A DNA stretch of 64,000 bases from a virus (IMGVR_UViG_3300032238_000977:1-64000); one strand, 5' to 3'; positions 28,061-36,194 are shown, numbered from the stretch's first letter. Numbers and translations are program-made. The notes: generated by a model not told the origin, from the sequence alone.

Positions 28061-28495
28061 TCACTGTAAATGAGATCTTAACATCCAAACAAACTTACCA
28101 TGGGATTCCATTAAATCCTGAACCAGATTAGCAGTTGCATATTGCTTTTGATCTTCCGATTCTTCCGAAATCTCTTTCATTAATTCACAAAACTTTTCGT
28201 TATTCTCAAGAAGTTCTTGAAGAATTTCTTTTGCTCCTGTTGAACTAGCCGCTTCTTTAATTTGCGTCACTTCAAGCATTCTTGAAAGAGAACTCAATGG
28301 TTTTACGTTTAAGTATCTCATATGCTCAGAAAGACGATCAATCTCTTCAAACATAGTTTCATACTGTCCACCAAAAAGTTGATGTAGTTGAGTGAAATCT
28401 GATCCAACTACATTCCAGTGAAATGCCCAAGTTTTATGAAATAAGACAAAAAGTGATGACTGAGCATCACTCAAGAGTTTATAAAGTTTTTCCAT
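28061..28495 (-). CDS. dps: Dps ferritin-like DNA-protection protein
   Basis: FHWNVVG..F..LH, IDRLSEH, K..WMLRS; late promoter TAAATA at 28517-28512. Confidence 0.92.
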   Translation of the reverse strand: MEKLYKLLSDAQSSLFVLFHKTWAFHWNVVGSDFTQLHQLFGGQYETMFEEIDRLSEHMRYLNVKPLSSLSRMLEVTQIKEAASSTGAKEILQELLENNEKFCELMKEISEESEDQKQYATANLVQDLMESHGKFVWMLRSHLQ

Positions 28496-28523
28496 TATAC
28501 TCTTTTTTGAGTATTTATGCAAG

Positions 28524-28595
28524 TGGGCGATACTGGATTCGAACCAGTGACCATCTCCGTGTAAAGGAGGTGCGCTACCGCTGCGCTAATCGCCC
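28524..28595 (-). tRNA. tRNA-Val(UAC)
   Basis: Cloverleaf, CTCC-TT-TAC-AC-GGAG. Confidence 0.93.
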
Positions 28596-28600
28596 TTAAA

Positions 28601-28663
28601 TGGATGGTAGGTATTCCCACTCGGATGTTAAGAAGGTGATTAACCGTTAACCCCGACCATCCA
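28601..28663 (-). ncRNA. Candidate structured RNA between tRNA-Asn and tRNA-Val
   Basis: 8-bp closing stem TGGATGGT/ACCATCCA with two internal arms. Confidence 0.5.
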
Positions 28664-28664
28664 A

Positions 28665-28736
28665 CTCCCCCGGCAAGATTCGAACTTGCGACCTGGAAAT
28701 TAACAGTTTCTCGCGCTACCGCTGCGCCACAGGGGA
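28665..28736 (-). tRNA. tRNA-Asn(GUU)
   Basis: GAAA-CT-GTT-AA-TTTC, G73. Confidence 0.94.
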
Positions 28737-28740
28737 ATAA

Positions 28741-28810
28741 AGGAAGTTACTGGACTTACACCAGTTACGAGGGCATTGTCTGCTTGTCTTGATTCTTTGA
28801 CTTAACTTCC
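28741..28810 (-). ncRNA. tRNA-like RNA lacking a normal anticodon arm
   Basis: GGAAGTT/AACTTCC acceptor, ACTGG-TGTAAGT-CCAGT T-arm, GTC/GAC D-stem, only a 3-bp/5-nt middle arm. Confidence 0.65.
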
Positions 28811-28812
28811 GC

Positions 28813-28867
28813 GATGGGGCAAGTGTGATATACCTCATAAGGATATAACAGGGACTTACCCTCTATC
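28813..28867 (-). ncRNA. Candidate hairpin RNA
   Basis: GGGTAAGT/ACTTGCCC lower stem, CCCT bulge, upper stem capped by CCT-TATG-AGG. Confidence 0.45.
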
Positions 28868-28894
28868 ATTTTATATATGGAGATAAACTCCAAG

Positions 28895-28968
28895 CGTCTT
28901 GGGAGGGACTCGAACCCCCGACCAACTCATTAGAAGTGAGATGCTCTATCCAACTGAGCTACCAAGAC
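28895..28968 (-). tRNA. tRNA-Arg(UCU)
   Basis: CTCA-CT-TCT-AA-TGAG, A20 in the D-loop. Confidence 0.94.
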
Positions 28969-28972
28969 ATAA

Positions 28973-29040
28973 GTAGGTTCCTATCGCCGCCACTCCTGAA
29001 CCTACCGAAGGAGAGTGTCGCAGTTGATTTCTCAACTCTG
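28973..29040 (-). ncRNA. Hairpin plus H-type pseudoknot leader
   Basis: AGTTGA-GAAA-TCAACT; CACTCT/GGAGTG crossed by GTAGGTTC/GAACCTAC. Confidence 0.55.
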
Positions 29041-29042
29041 AT

Positions 29043-29071
29043 ATTATACCAGTCCTTATGAAACTGGTCAA
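29043..29071 (-). promoter_or_regulatory. Sigma70 promoter inside the tRNA cluster
   Basis: TTGACC, 17 bp spacer, TATAAT. Confidence 0.8.
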
Positions 29072-29074
29072 GTG

Positions 29075-29154
29075 TGCCGTGTGGTTGTGAATCTAAATCA
29101 AACCTTTTTGATAAGTGCCCCACTGGATCTTATCTAAAGTTTTGAACCACGGCA
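29075..29154 (-). ncRNA. Candidate long irregular hairpin RNA
   Basis: Nested TGCCGT/ACGGCA, GGTT/AACC, CTTT/AAAG and GATAAG/CTTATC stems. Confidence 0.5.
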
Positions 29155-29156
29155 AG

Positions 29157-29230
29157 TGGGAAATCCTGGACTCGAACCAGGCACCTCACGATTATCAGTC
29201 GTGCGCTCTAACCAACTGAGCTAATCTCCC
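29157..29230 (-). tRNA. tRNA-Ile(GAU)
   Basis: CACGA-CT-GAT-AA-TCGTG. Confidence 0.96.
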
Positions 29231-29233
29231 ACA

Positions 29234-29322
29234 CGGAGGATGTTGGATTTGAACCAACGGAGACCCGTAAAGATCTCAAGAACTTAGCAGGTTCCCGCTT
29301 TAAGCCACTCAGCCAATCCTCC
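29234..29322 (-). tRNA. tRNA-Ser(GCU)
   Basis: GGAAC-CT-GCT-AA-GTTCT, long variable arm, G73. Confidence 0.95.
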
Positions 29323-29324
29323 AA

Positions 29325-29397
29325 TGGGTCAAGTGAGACTCGAACTCACGACTTACAGGTTAAAAGCCCGCTACTCTACCAACTGAGTTATTGACCC
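29325..29397 (-). tRNA. tRNA-Lys(UUU)
   Basis: GCGGG-CT-TTT-AA-CCTGT. Confidence 0.95.
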
Positions 29398-29401
29398 AAA
29401 G

Positions 29402-29483
29402 TGGGCAGGGAGGGATTTGAACCCCCGTAGGCAGAGCCAGCGGATTTACAGTCCGCCTCCATTAACCACTCGGACACCTACCC
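29402..29483 (-). tRNA. tRNA-Tyr(GUA)
   Basis: GCGGA-CT-GTA-AA-TCCGC, type II variable arm. Confidence 0.95.
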
Positions 29484-29492
29484 ATAAAACTT

Positions 29493-29550
29493 AAAGGCAG
29501 GTGCGGTATCTCCTTTCGGTGCCCATGCTCCTTTTACTTTCCTTGCCTTC
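29493..29550 (-). ncRNA. Candidate structured leader of the tRNA operon
   Basis: AAGGCA/TGCCTT closing stem, purine-rich internal loop, GAAA-capped hairpin. Confidence 0.45.
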
Positions 29551-29559
29551 AATGAGTTT

Positions 29560-29588
29560 ATTGTATCACTCCTTAGGGCAGTCGTCAA
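29560..29588 (-). promoter_or_regulatory. Sigma70 promoter of the tRNA operon
   Basis: TTGACG, 17 bp spacer, TACAAT. Confidence 0.75.
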
Positions 29589-29779
29589 CCTGCTGTTGCT
29601 TCCTTACGAGCAGTCTTTTCAGCGGTGATTTCGTTACGACGAACTTTTACAAGTTTGGAAATTTCTTGAAGTGCTTTACGAGCACGAGTTCCTGCAGATC
29701 CATTACCTGCGACGAACTTTTCATCTTCAACTTGCCAAGCTGCAACTGCATCTGTGAGTTGTTGTACTGTTTCCGACAT
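29585..29779 (-). CDS. Histone H1-like protein (Hc1 family)
   Basis: GNGSAGTRARKALQEISKL..R motif; AAGGA RBS. Confidence 0.75.
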   Translation of the reverse strand: MSETVQQLTDAVAAWQVEDEKFVAGNGSAGTRARKALQEISKLVKVRRNEITAEKTARKEATAG

Positions 29780-29818
29780 AATAATTCCTTTAATATAGGT
29801 ATGTGTTTATATATGTAA

Positions 29819-29844
29819 GAAAGGGGGGGGACAATCTCCCCCCT
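29819..29844 (-). terminator. Terminator hairpin
   Basis: G-run/C-run stem followed by TTT. Confidence 0.6.
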
Positions 29845-29850
29845 AACTAA

Positions 29851-30486
29851 TCAGACTTCTACTTGAACTAGTCGAGAAGCATAATCATGGGCATAAGATG
29901 TGCGAGCACCATGATGCCCCCAACCAATCCAACTGTACGCATAGTCCATGTAAGAGTAGATAGACTTTCCAGGTTTTTTCATTCTATCTTCAATATTCTT
30001 CCATTGAACTTCATTTGTGAGATAACGAAGTTGCGTTTGAAGTGCTGATGGCGAACCACCAAACTTCTTAGCGAAATCACCCAATCCATAATAACGATTA
30101 GCAGATGTCCATTGAATCAAACCATAACCGCCGTAGCAGTTGCGGTATGACGTTATACTACCACCTTCGCAAACACTAGATTGGAATGTTGATTCCTGTT
30201 TAATGTTGCCCATGATGGTAGCAAGGGCGTTTTTATCTCTAATTCCAATGTCCTGGAAATAATCCAGGGCTACATTTTCATTTTCATTACACCCTTTACA
30301 AATTAACCTTTTATCTTTTGGTTTTTCGGGAGCAACCTCTTTGGTCGCTGTCGTTGTATCAAACTCCCTAATAACAGAAAATGGTGGAGGACCACTCAAT
30401 AGAGGAGGAAATACTACAGGCAGTGTTGCCGTACTGGTTGTAACCGATGCCAAGAGAGGCAAGGCTACTGTAAAGAAATTTTGCAT
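29851..30486 (-). CDS. Phage tail-lysozyme-family (Phage_lysozyme2-like) muralytic protein with hydrophobic N-terminus
   Basis: ALATIMGNIKQES, GYGLIQWT..R. Confidence 0.8.
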   Translation of the reverse strand: MQNFFTVALPLLASVTTSTATLPVVFPPLLSGPPPFSVIREFDTTTATKEVAPEKPKDKRLICKGCNENENVALDYFQDIGIRDKNALATIMGNIKQESTFQSSVCEGGSITSYRNCYGGYGLIQWTSANRYYGLGDFAKKFGGSPSALQTQLRYLTNEVQWKNIEDRMKKPGKSIYSYMDYAYSWIGWGHHGARTSYAHDYASRLVQVEV

Positions 30487-30646
30487 TAAGTTTAATAGAA
30501 TTCGACATCCGTATAGAAGAGGGGTGCACCCAACTCTCGAAGGGCATCTTCCACGGCTCTAGGTTTCAATCACCTTCTCATTACGAGAAAACCCACCAAG
30601 GTGGGTCTTTTCATTATAAGTGATTATTTAGAAAAAGTAAAGAGGG

Positions 30647-30847
30647 TTAATCAAAATGGTAATAATCATCAACCTTTTCCAAACTCATAATTTCTAATTG
30701 ATCTTCTGTTTCATCAAGATAAATCCATTCATAAAATTCCTGAGAGATAGCATCCGCATTTCCCCGATTATCAGATGCTGTTTGATGCAACTTTTCAATT
30801 GCCCATTCACGAACATGACCAACAATATCTTCAGTCTGTGTTTCCAT
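30647..30847 (-). CDS. Hypothetical acidic protein
   Basis: METQTEDIVGHVREWAIEK...; the longer ORF call is an overlap extension. Confidence 0.65.
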   Translation of the reverse strand: METQTEDIVGHVREWAIEKLHQTASDNRGNADAISQEFYEWIYLDETEDQLEIMSLEKVDDYYHFD

Positions 30848-31274
30848 AATAATCTTTTCGGAAGTACCTATTGAGGATGTTGCTATTGTAGTACCTCGGG
30901 GTTCCTTCGTCAAGGGATTCTGTAAGGACATTGTTGAAGAAGAGTTGTCGCGTCTCTTCGAAGTTTGTTTTGCCTTTTGTTTTATGTAATGAAATAATAG
31001 TTCTTGTAAAATTCTCTTTACCAAATTTTTCAACATCATTTTTTAGTTCTGGACATGATCCATAATACTTTTTCCAATCAGACTCTGATTTAACTTTTCT
31101 AGATTTTCCCTTCGGTGTGCGGAAAGACCAGAAATATTTTCTACCAATATAGTCCCTACCAGTTGCAGTGCAATGAATATGGTAAACAAAACCAAAATAA
31201 TCTTGAATATCACATGAACGAAACACTTCTCCATCATACGTCCAAGGGTTTTCATAGTCAATATCTATATTCAT
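30831..31274 (-). CDS. GIY-YIG endonuclease (T4 endonuclease II/DenA-like)
   Basis: FGFVY...YIGRK, YYGS, YYNSNI. Confidence 0.8.
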   Translation of the reverse strand: MNIDIDYENPWTYDGEVFRSCDIQDYFGFVYHIHCTATGRDYIGRKYFWSFRTPKGKSRKVKSESDWKKYYGSCPELKNDVEKFGKENFTRTIISLHKTKGKTNFEETRQLFFNNVLTESLDEGTPRYYNSNILNRYFRKDYYGNTD

Positions 31275-31419
31275 CTAGTATATCAAGGACTTCGTTCAGA
31301 TATTTATGGGTTAGACCTTTCATGTCCATATCATGATGAATATACTCGTTGTTCAATTGGTGTTTTAATTTCAACACACGCACTTTCATTTCACCTTTAG
31401 TCAGTTGATTTTTAGACAT
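31258..31419 (-). CDS. Hypothetical protein, 53 aa
   Basis: MSKNQLTKGEMKVRVLKLKHQL...LNEVLDILDEYRY. Confidence 0.6.
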   Translation of the reverse strand: MSKNQLTKGEMKVRVLKLKHQLNNEYIHHDMDMKGLTHKYLNEVLDILDEYRY

Positions 31420-31447
31420 AAAAAAGAGGAGGGTAAACCTCCTCTAT

Positions 31448-31609
31448 CTATACAACATCATTATGTTTTTTTCCTAGCCATTCGGTTTCATAATCATAAT
31501 CACCAAACATAAACTCATCCAACTCTGCAGCATCTTTATATGCATTTAGGATTTCTTGTTCACACCACTCATCATAATTTGAATCCTGAGAAAGTATTTT
31601 TGGTAACAT
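31448..31609 (-). CDS. Hypothetical acidic protein, 53 aa, overlapping the nrdB 3' end
   Basis: MLPKILSQDSNYDEWCEQEILNAYKDAAELDEFMFGDYDY... Confidence 0.5.
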   Translation of the reverse strand: MLPKILSQDSNYDEWCEQEILNAYKDAAELDEFMFGDYDYETEWLGKKHNDVV

Positions 31610-32756
31610 CTTGTTTGATTCCACCAACGACGTATGATTCTACCTCAGTTTCCTGCGGAGCAACCTGAAGACCTTTAGAAGAGATCCAGTGCTGAGTCCA
31701 AGGTAACGGATTATTATTTGCTGAGATATCGTACTGTGGTTTCAGTCCTATTCCTTTTAGTCTGCGGTTTGCAATCCATTCAACATATTGTTGTAACAAT
31801 TTGTCGTTAAGTCCAATCATACTACCGTCTTTGAACAAATAATCTGCCCATTTCTTTTCTTCATTCACTGCACGATCAAACATTTTATAAACCCACTCTT
31901 CTTCTTCTTTAGCAATTTGCTTCATCTCTGGATCATCCCCATCACGCCACTTATTCAAAATATTTTGAGTAATTGCTAAGTGTTGGTTTTCGTCTCTTGC
32001 AATGAGAGAGATGATCTTAGCTGATCCTTCCATAAGCTTAAGTTCACCAAAGGCGAAAGAGCAAGCAAAACTAACGTAGAACCGAATACCTTCAAGAATG
32101 TTAACGTTTGCAACTGCTCTGTAGAGTTTTCGTTTAACGTCATTGAGTGTTTCCTTTGTGTTTGGGACTCCTTCAAGACTATACATCCATTCATTGGATG
32201 TACCATAATTTTGGGCTGATTGAATAAAGTCATCATACGACTCAGTTACGCTTCTAGCACGTTCTAGAATACGCTCGTCGGTAATGATAGTATCAAACAC
32301 CTCACTTGGGTCTGAATAGACGTTTTTAATAATATAAGTGTACGAACGTGAGTGAATCATTTCCATAAATCCCCACACTTCCATACATGCCTCTAATTCA
32401 GGTAGAGAGCAATAGGGAATAAAGGCCATACCAGGACCACGACCCTGAATAGAATCAAGCATAATCTGATACTTCAAATTGGAAGTGTAGATGTGCTTTT
32501 GTTCTGGACGAAGTGTTTGATAATCTCCACGATCCTTCTGGAGAGATACCTCTTCAGGTCTCCAGAAGTAACCAAGTTGTTGAGTTGTTAGTTTGTCGAA
32601 GACTGGATATTTGTACGAATCGTATCTTTGAACTCCAAGAGGTTTTCCAAAAAACATTGGTTGCTTTTTGGTATCAACTTTTTCAGTATTAAAAACCGTC
32701 ATTCCTTTGACTCGGGATTCTTCCGTTGAAGAAATTTTAAACTGCACAGGATTCAC
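31572..32756 (-). CDS. nrdB: Ribonucleotide reductase class Ia beta subunit
   Basis: FWRPEEV, EMIHSRSY, EGIRFY, DENQH, APQETE. Confidence 0.98.
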   Translation of the reverse strand: MNPVQFKISSTEESRVKGMTVFNTEKVDTKKQPMFFGKPLGVQRYDSYKYPVFDKLTTQQLGYFWRPEEVSLQKDRGDYQTLRPEQKHIYTSNLKYQIMLDSIQGRGPGMAFIPYCSLPELEACMEVWGFMEMIHSRSYTYIIKNVYSDPSEVFDTIITDERILERARSVTESYDDFIQSAQNYGTSNEWMYSLEGVPNTKETLNDVKRKLYRAVANVNILEGIRFYVSFACSFAFGELKLMEGSAKIISLIARDENQHLAITQNILNKWRDGDDPEMKQIAKEEEEWVYKMFDRAVNEEKKWADYLFKDGSMIGLNDKLLQQYVEWIANRRLKGIGLKPQYDISANNNPLPWTQHWISSKGLQVAPQETEVESYVVGGIKQDVTKNTFSGFKL

Positions 32757-35037
32757 ACTCCCCCTCCTCTACTGAACTTAACTCATCAATTAAACTTTCC
32801 AATTCGGATTTTTTATCTTCAATTACCTCATCAGTTTTGATATCATAAGTATTTTGGTAATAAGATGTTTTCCATCCGTACTTGTATGTAGTCAAGAAGT
32901 CATTAGCCATTACACTAATAGGAATTTCATTATCCGTGTAATGTTCCGGATTATAGGACCAGTTTCCAGAAATCGCTTGATCGAAGAACTTTTGCATAAC
33001 TGCAACAATATTAATGTACCCATTATTGCTAGGCATATCCCACAGCAACGTATAATTGTTCTTAAGTGTTTGGTACTGGGGAACAATTTGCTTAAGTGGA
33101 CCCTTCTTCGACTTCTTAATGGACAAGTATCCGCGAGGTGGTTCGATACCGTTGGTTGCATTTGACACAACGGAACTGCTCTCTGAAGGCATTTGTGCGG
33201 ACAATGTGCTGTGTCGCAAACCATGTGCCTGAATTTCGGCACGTAAAGTCTCCCAATCATGTTGATATGAAATAGAGGAAATTTCGTCTACATCTTTTTT
33301 ATAAGTATCGATAGGAAGTATTCCATCTGCATATTTTGTACGTCCAAAATTAATACAATGTCCCTTTTCCTTAGCTAACTGATTAGATGCTTTGAGAAGA
33401 TAATATTGAAAAGACTCAGATAGACCGTGAACGGCGTCCCACGCCACCTGAGAGTCGTATTTGCACCCCAGTTTCGCCAAATAGTGAGCAAGACCGATAA
33501 ACCCTACTCCAAGCGAACGACGCGCCTTGGTGGCGATTTCTGCCGCTACTACGGGGTATTTCTGATAGTCGATCAACTCTTCAAGTCCACGAACCGTAAG
33601 ATCACAAAGTTCCTCAAGTTCATCATCAGATTTTACTTTACCAACATTGATTGCAGAAAGAATGCAAAGAGCAATTTCTCCACTAGTATCATCGATGTGC
33701 TGAATAGGATGAGTAGGAAGAGTAATTTCCTGACATAAATTACTCATCTCAATTTTATCTTTAAATGATGAATGAGAATTGCAATGGTCAATATTCATGA
33801 TATAGATACGACCCGTCTCAGCACGTTCTTTGAGGAGGTTAAAAATGAGTTCTTGCGCCTTAACACTTTTCGACGGAATGGACGAATTGTTCTCATATTC
33901 AACGTATAAATCGTCAAACTTGTCTGTTCCAAAAGAATCGTAAAGTCCAGGGACATCATGTGGGGAGAAAAGAGTGATTTCACCGTCTTGAATAAACCTT
34001 TCATAGAACAACTTGCTAATTTGAATAGAGTAATCCAGTTTACGGACACGATTATCTTCAGTTCCCTTGTTGTTCTTGAGAACTAGAATGTCTTGGATTT
34101 CTTGGTGCCAGATTGGGAAGTGTACTGTTGCGCTTCCACCTCTGATGCCATTCTGTGTACAGCATCGGACAGTTGCCTCAAACTTCTTGAGGAATGGGAC
34201 AACCCCAGTATGAGCAACTTCTCCGCCTCTGATCTTGCTGTTGATACCACGGATTCTGCCTGCGTTGATACCGATTCCCGCCCTTTGAGCAACATAGCGC
34301 ATAATAGCCAGGTCGCTACTACCGATACTATCGAGGGTGTCATCAACATCAACAAGAACACAACTAGCAAATTGTCTAAGTGGCGTCCGTACTCCCGCCA
34401 TGATGGGCGTTGGAATGTTGATTTTGTGTTTTGAGATTGCGTCATAGTACCTCCTGACGTATGACATTCTTGTTTCTTTAGAATAATCCGCAAAAATAGT
34501 CAAAGCAATCATCATGTACATAAATTGTGGAGTCTCATACACCCCACCAGTGCTTCTATCCTGCACAAGGTATTTGTCAACAACTTGACGTAGACCTGCA
34601 TAAGTGAACAGATAGTCACGATCATGATCAATATATGAATCTGCTTTATCAATTTCTTCCTTCGAATACTTATTATAAATTTCAACATCATACACTTCCT
34701 CACCAACACATTTGTAAATGTGCTGCTCAAGGGCAGGCAATTCCTTCATCTTACCATACAACTGCTTTCTTACGGCAAAAAGAAGCAAACGAGCAGCCAC
34801 AAATTGATAATTAGGATGATCAAGATCGATCAAATCAGAAGCAGAACGAATCAAAATCTCCTGAATTTCTGCAGTTGTAATTCCATCATAAAACTGAATA
34901 CCAGAAGTCATCTCAACTTGACTTGCAGAAACTCCAGCAAGACCTTTACAAGCCTCATCAACCATTAGATGCATTTTATCAAGGTCAAGGGATTCAATTC
35001 TCCCGTCTCTCTTTTTTACTTTTGTACCGTTGCTCAT
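32737..35037 (-). CDS. nrdA: Ribonucleotide reductase class Ia alpha subunit
   Basis: ATP cone, QFASC, SNLCQEI, SYY, C-terminal CESC. Confidence 0.98.
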   Translation of the reverse strand: MSNGTKVKKRDGRIESLDLDKMHLMVDEACKGLAGVSASQVEMTSGIQFYDGITTAEIQEILIRSASDLIDLDHPNYQFVAARLLLFAVRKQLYGKMKELPALEQHIYKCVGEEVYDVEIYNKYSKEEIDKADSYIDHDRDYLFTYAGLRQVVDKYLVQDRSTGGVYETPQFMYMMIALTIFADYSKETRMSYVRRYYDAISKHKINIPTPIMAGVRTPLRQFASCVLVDVDDTLDSIGSSDLAIMRYVAQRAGIGINAGRIRGINSKIRGGEVAHTGVVPFLKKFEATVRCCTQNGIRGGSATVHFPIWHQEIQDILVLKNNKGTEDNRVRKLDYSIQISKLFYERFIQDGEITLFSPHDVPGLYDSFGTDKFDDLYVEYENNSSIPSKSVKAQELIFNLLKERAETGRIYIMNIDHCNSHSSFKDKIEMSNLCQEITLPTHPIQHIDDTSGEIALCILSAINVGKVKSDDELEELCDLTVRGLEELIDYQKYPVVAAEIATKARRSLGVGFIGLAHYLAKLGCKYDSQVAWDAVHGLSESFQYYLLKASNQLAKEKGHCINFGRTKYADGILPIDTYKKDVDEISSISYQHDWETLRAEIQAHGLRHSTLSAQMPSESSSVVSNATNGIEPPRGYLSIKKSKKGPLKQIVPQYQTLKNNYTLLWDMPSNNGYINIVAVMQKFFDQAISGNWSYNPEHYTDNEIPISVMANDFLTTYKYGWKTSYYQNTYDIKTDEVIEDKKSELESLIDELSSVEEGECESCAV

Positions 35038-36005
35038 ATCTTTTTCCAAGTAGTAAATTTAAGTTTTGCTTCTAATCCAGAATAAGTATTTAATTCTATC
35101 ACGGACTGTACATCAAGTCCAGATAATACCATTTCATTAATATCCTTTTCTTTTATAGTTGATGGCCAGATGACGACTCTTTCACCTCTAGAGATGGTAG
35201 ATTCGATTCGGGAGACAATTTGTGAATTTCTTGGTTCGTTATCGTATATCCAAACAGGATTGTTAATCCCCCACTCACTAATATCAGCATCAGCTCCGCA
35301 CATAGCAATCGCATTGCGAATAAACGTACTATCGAAAGGTCCTTCTGTAACATAAACTGTTTCGTCTTTTTTAAGGTCATCAATTCCATAGATTTTCGGA
35401 GCATTCTCCTCCAACATTATAGTAATGTATTTTACTTTTGATTCTTGAAGTAAAGACCTCCCTTGATATCCAACAAATCTATTTTGATAAAACAAAGGAA
35501 TAATAATCCTTGGTTCATCTCTATTTACGTTTTCAAATGTTGGTTGAAGAGAATTAGTCCACTCCTTAAATTTTTCAGCGTAATAATAGTTATCTGGGTT
35601 TAACTTTCTATTTTCAAGATACTTCCTAGCGTCAGAATTTGAAGACACTTTTGGAAGATCTAATTTTGGTTTAAACTTTGGAGTATTAAAATTAAATTTT
35701 GGTTCTTCAACTACAAAGTTTTTACCTGTTTTACCCTCTTTAAATTTTTCAAATGCATATTGCTTGTACATCTCACTATCTACTTTTTTAAGTAGATTGT
35801 TAAAAGATATATTTGTACCACAATTATGACACTTAAAATTAATGTTATTTTTTACTTGATAAAGATACCCTCTTGCTTTATTTTTACTTCTTTCAGAATC
35901 TCCACAAATAGGGCATCTAAAATTGTAAAGATTATCTTTAATTCTTTTAAATTTTTGAAGTCTGATAGAAATCAAATTGATGTATTTAACATCAACAAAA
36001 TCCAT
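35034..36005 (-). CDS. DNA primase (T4 gp61)
   Basis: FRCPICGDS, CHNC, EGPFD, DNEPRN TOPRIM. Confidence 0.95.
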   Translation of the reverse strand: MDFVDVKYINLISIRLQKFKRIKDNLYNFRCPICGDSERSKNKARGYLYQVKNNINFKCHNCGTNISFNNLLKKVDSEMYKQYAFEKFKEGKTGKNFVVEEPKFNFNTPKFKPKLDLPKVSSNSDARKYLENRKLNPDNYYYAEKFKEWTNSLQPTFENVNRDEPRIIIPLFYQNRFVGYQGRSLLQESKVKYITIMLEENAPKIYGIDDLKKDETVYVTEGPFDSTFIRNAIAMCGADADISEWGINNPVWIYDNEPRNSQIVSRIESTISRGERVVIWPSTIKEKDINEMVLSGLDVQSVIELNTYSGLEAKLKFTTWKKI

Positions 36006-36029
36006 AATATTGTTGTAGACAGTCCTGTA

Positions 36030-36057
36030 ATTATACCAGACTACCTCTGCTTGTCAA
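36030..36057 (-). promoter_or_regulatory. Sigma70 promoter of primase-nrdAB
   Basis: TTGACA, 16 bp spacer, TATAAT. Confidence 0.75.
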
Positions 36058-36194
36058 GACATAAAACCGTTATAATTCCCGTCCATTTTATAACGGAATT
36101 TGTAAGTTTATGTAGAGAGTAGTTGGTAGGTTTCTTTTTAGTTTTCATGAGGCAACAATGTGTGCCCAATCTCATACTATTTATTATATGGATC

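Noticed and set aside
28596-29154. Theta/HDV-like or hammerhead ribozymes at tRNA 3' ends
   Set aside because: I could not find the nested P1-P2-P3 topology or the CUGAUGA/GAAA cores by eye
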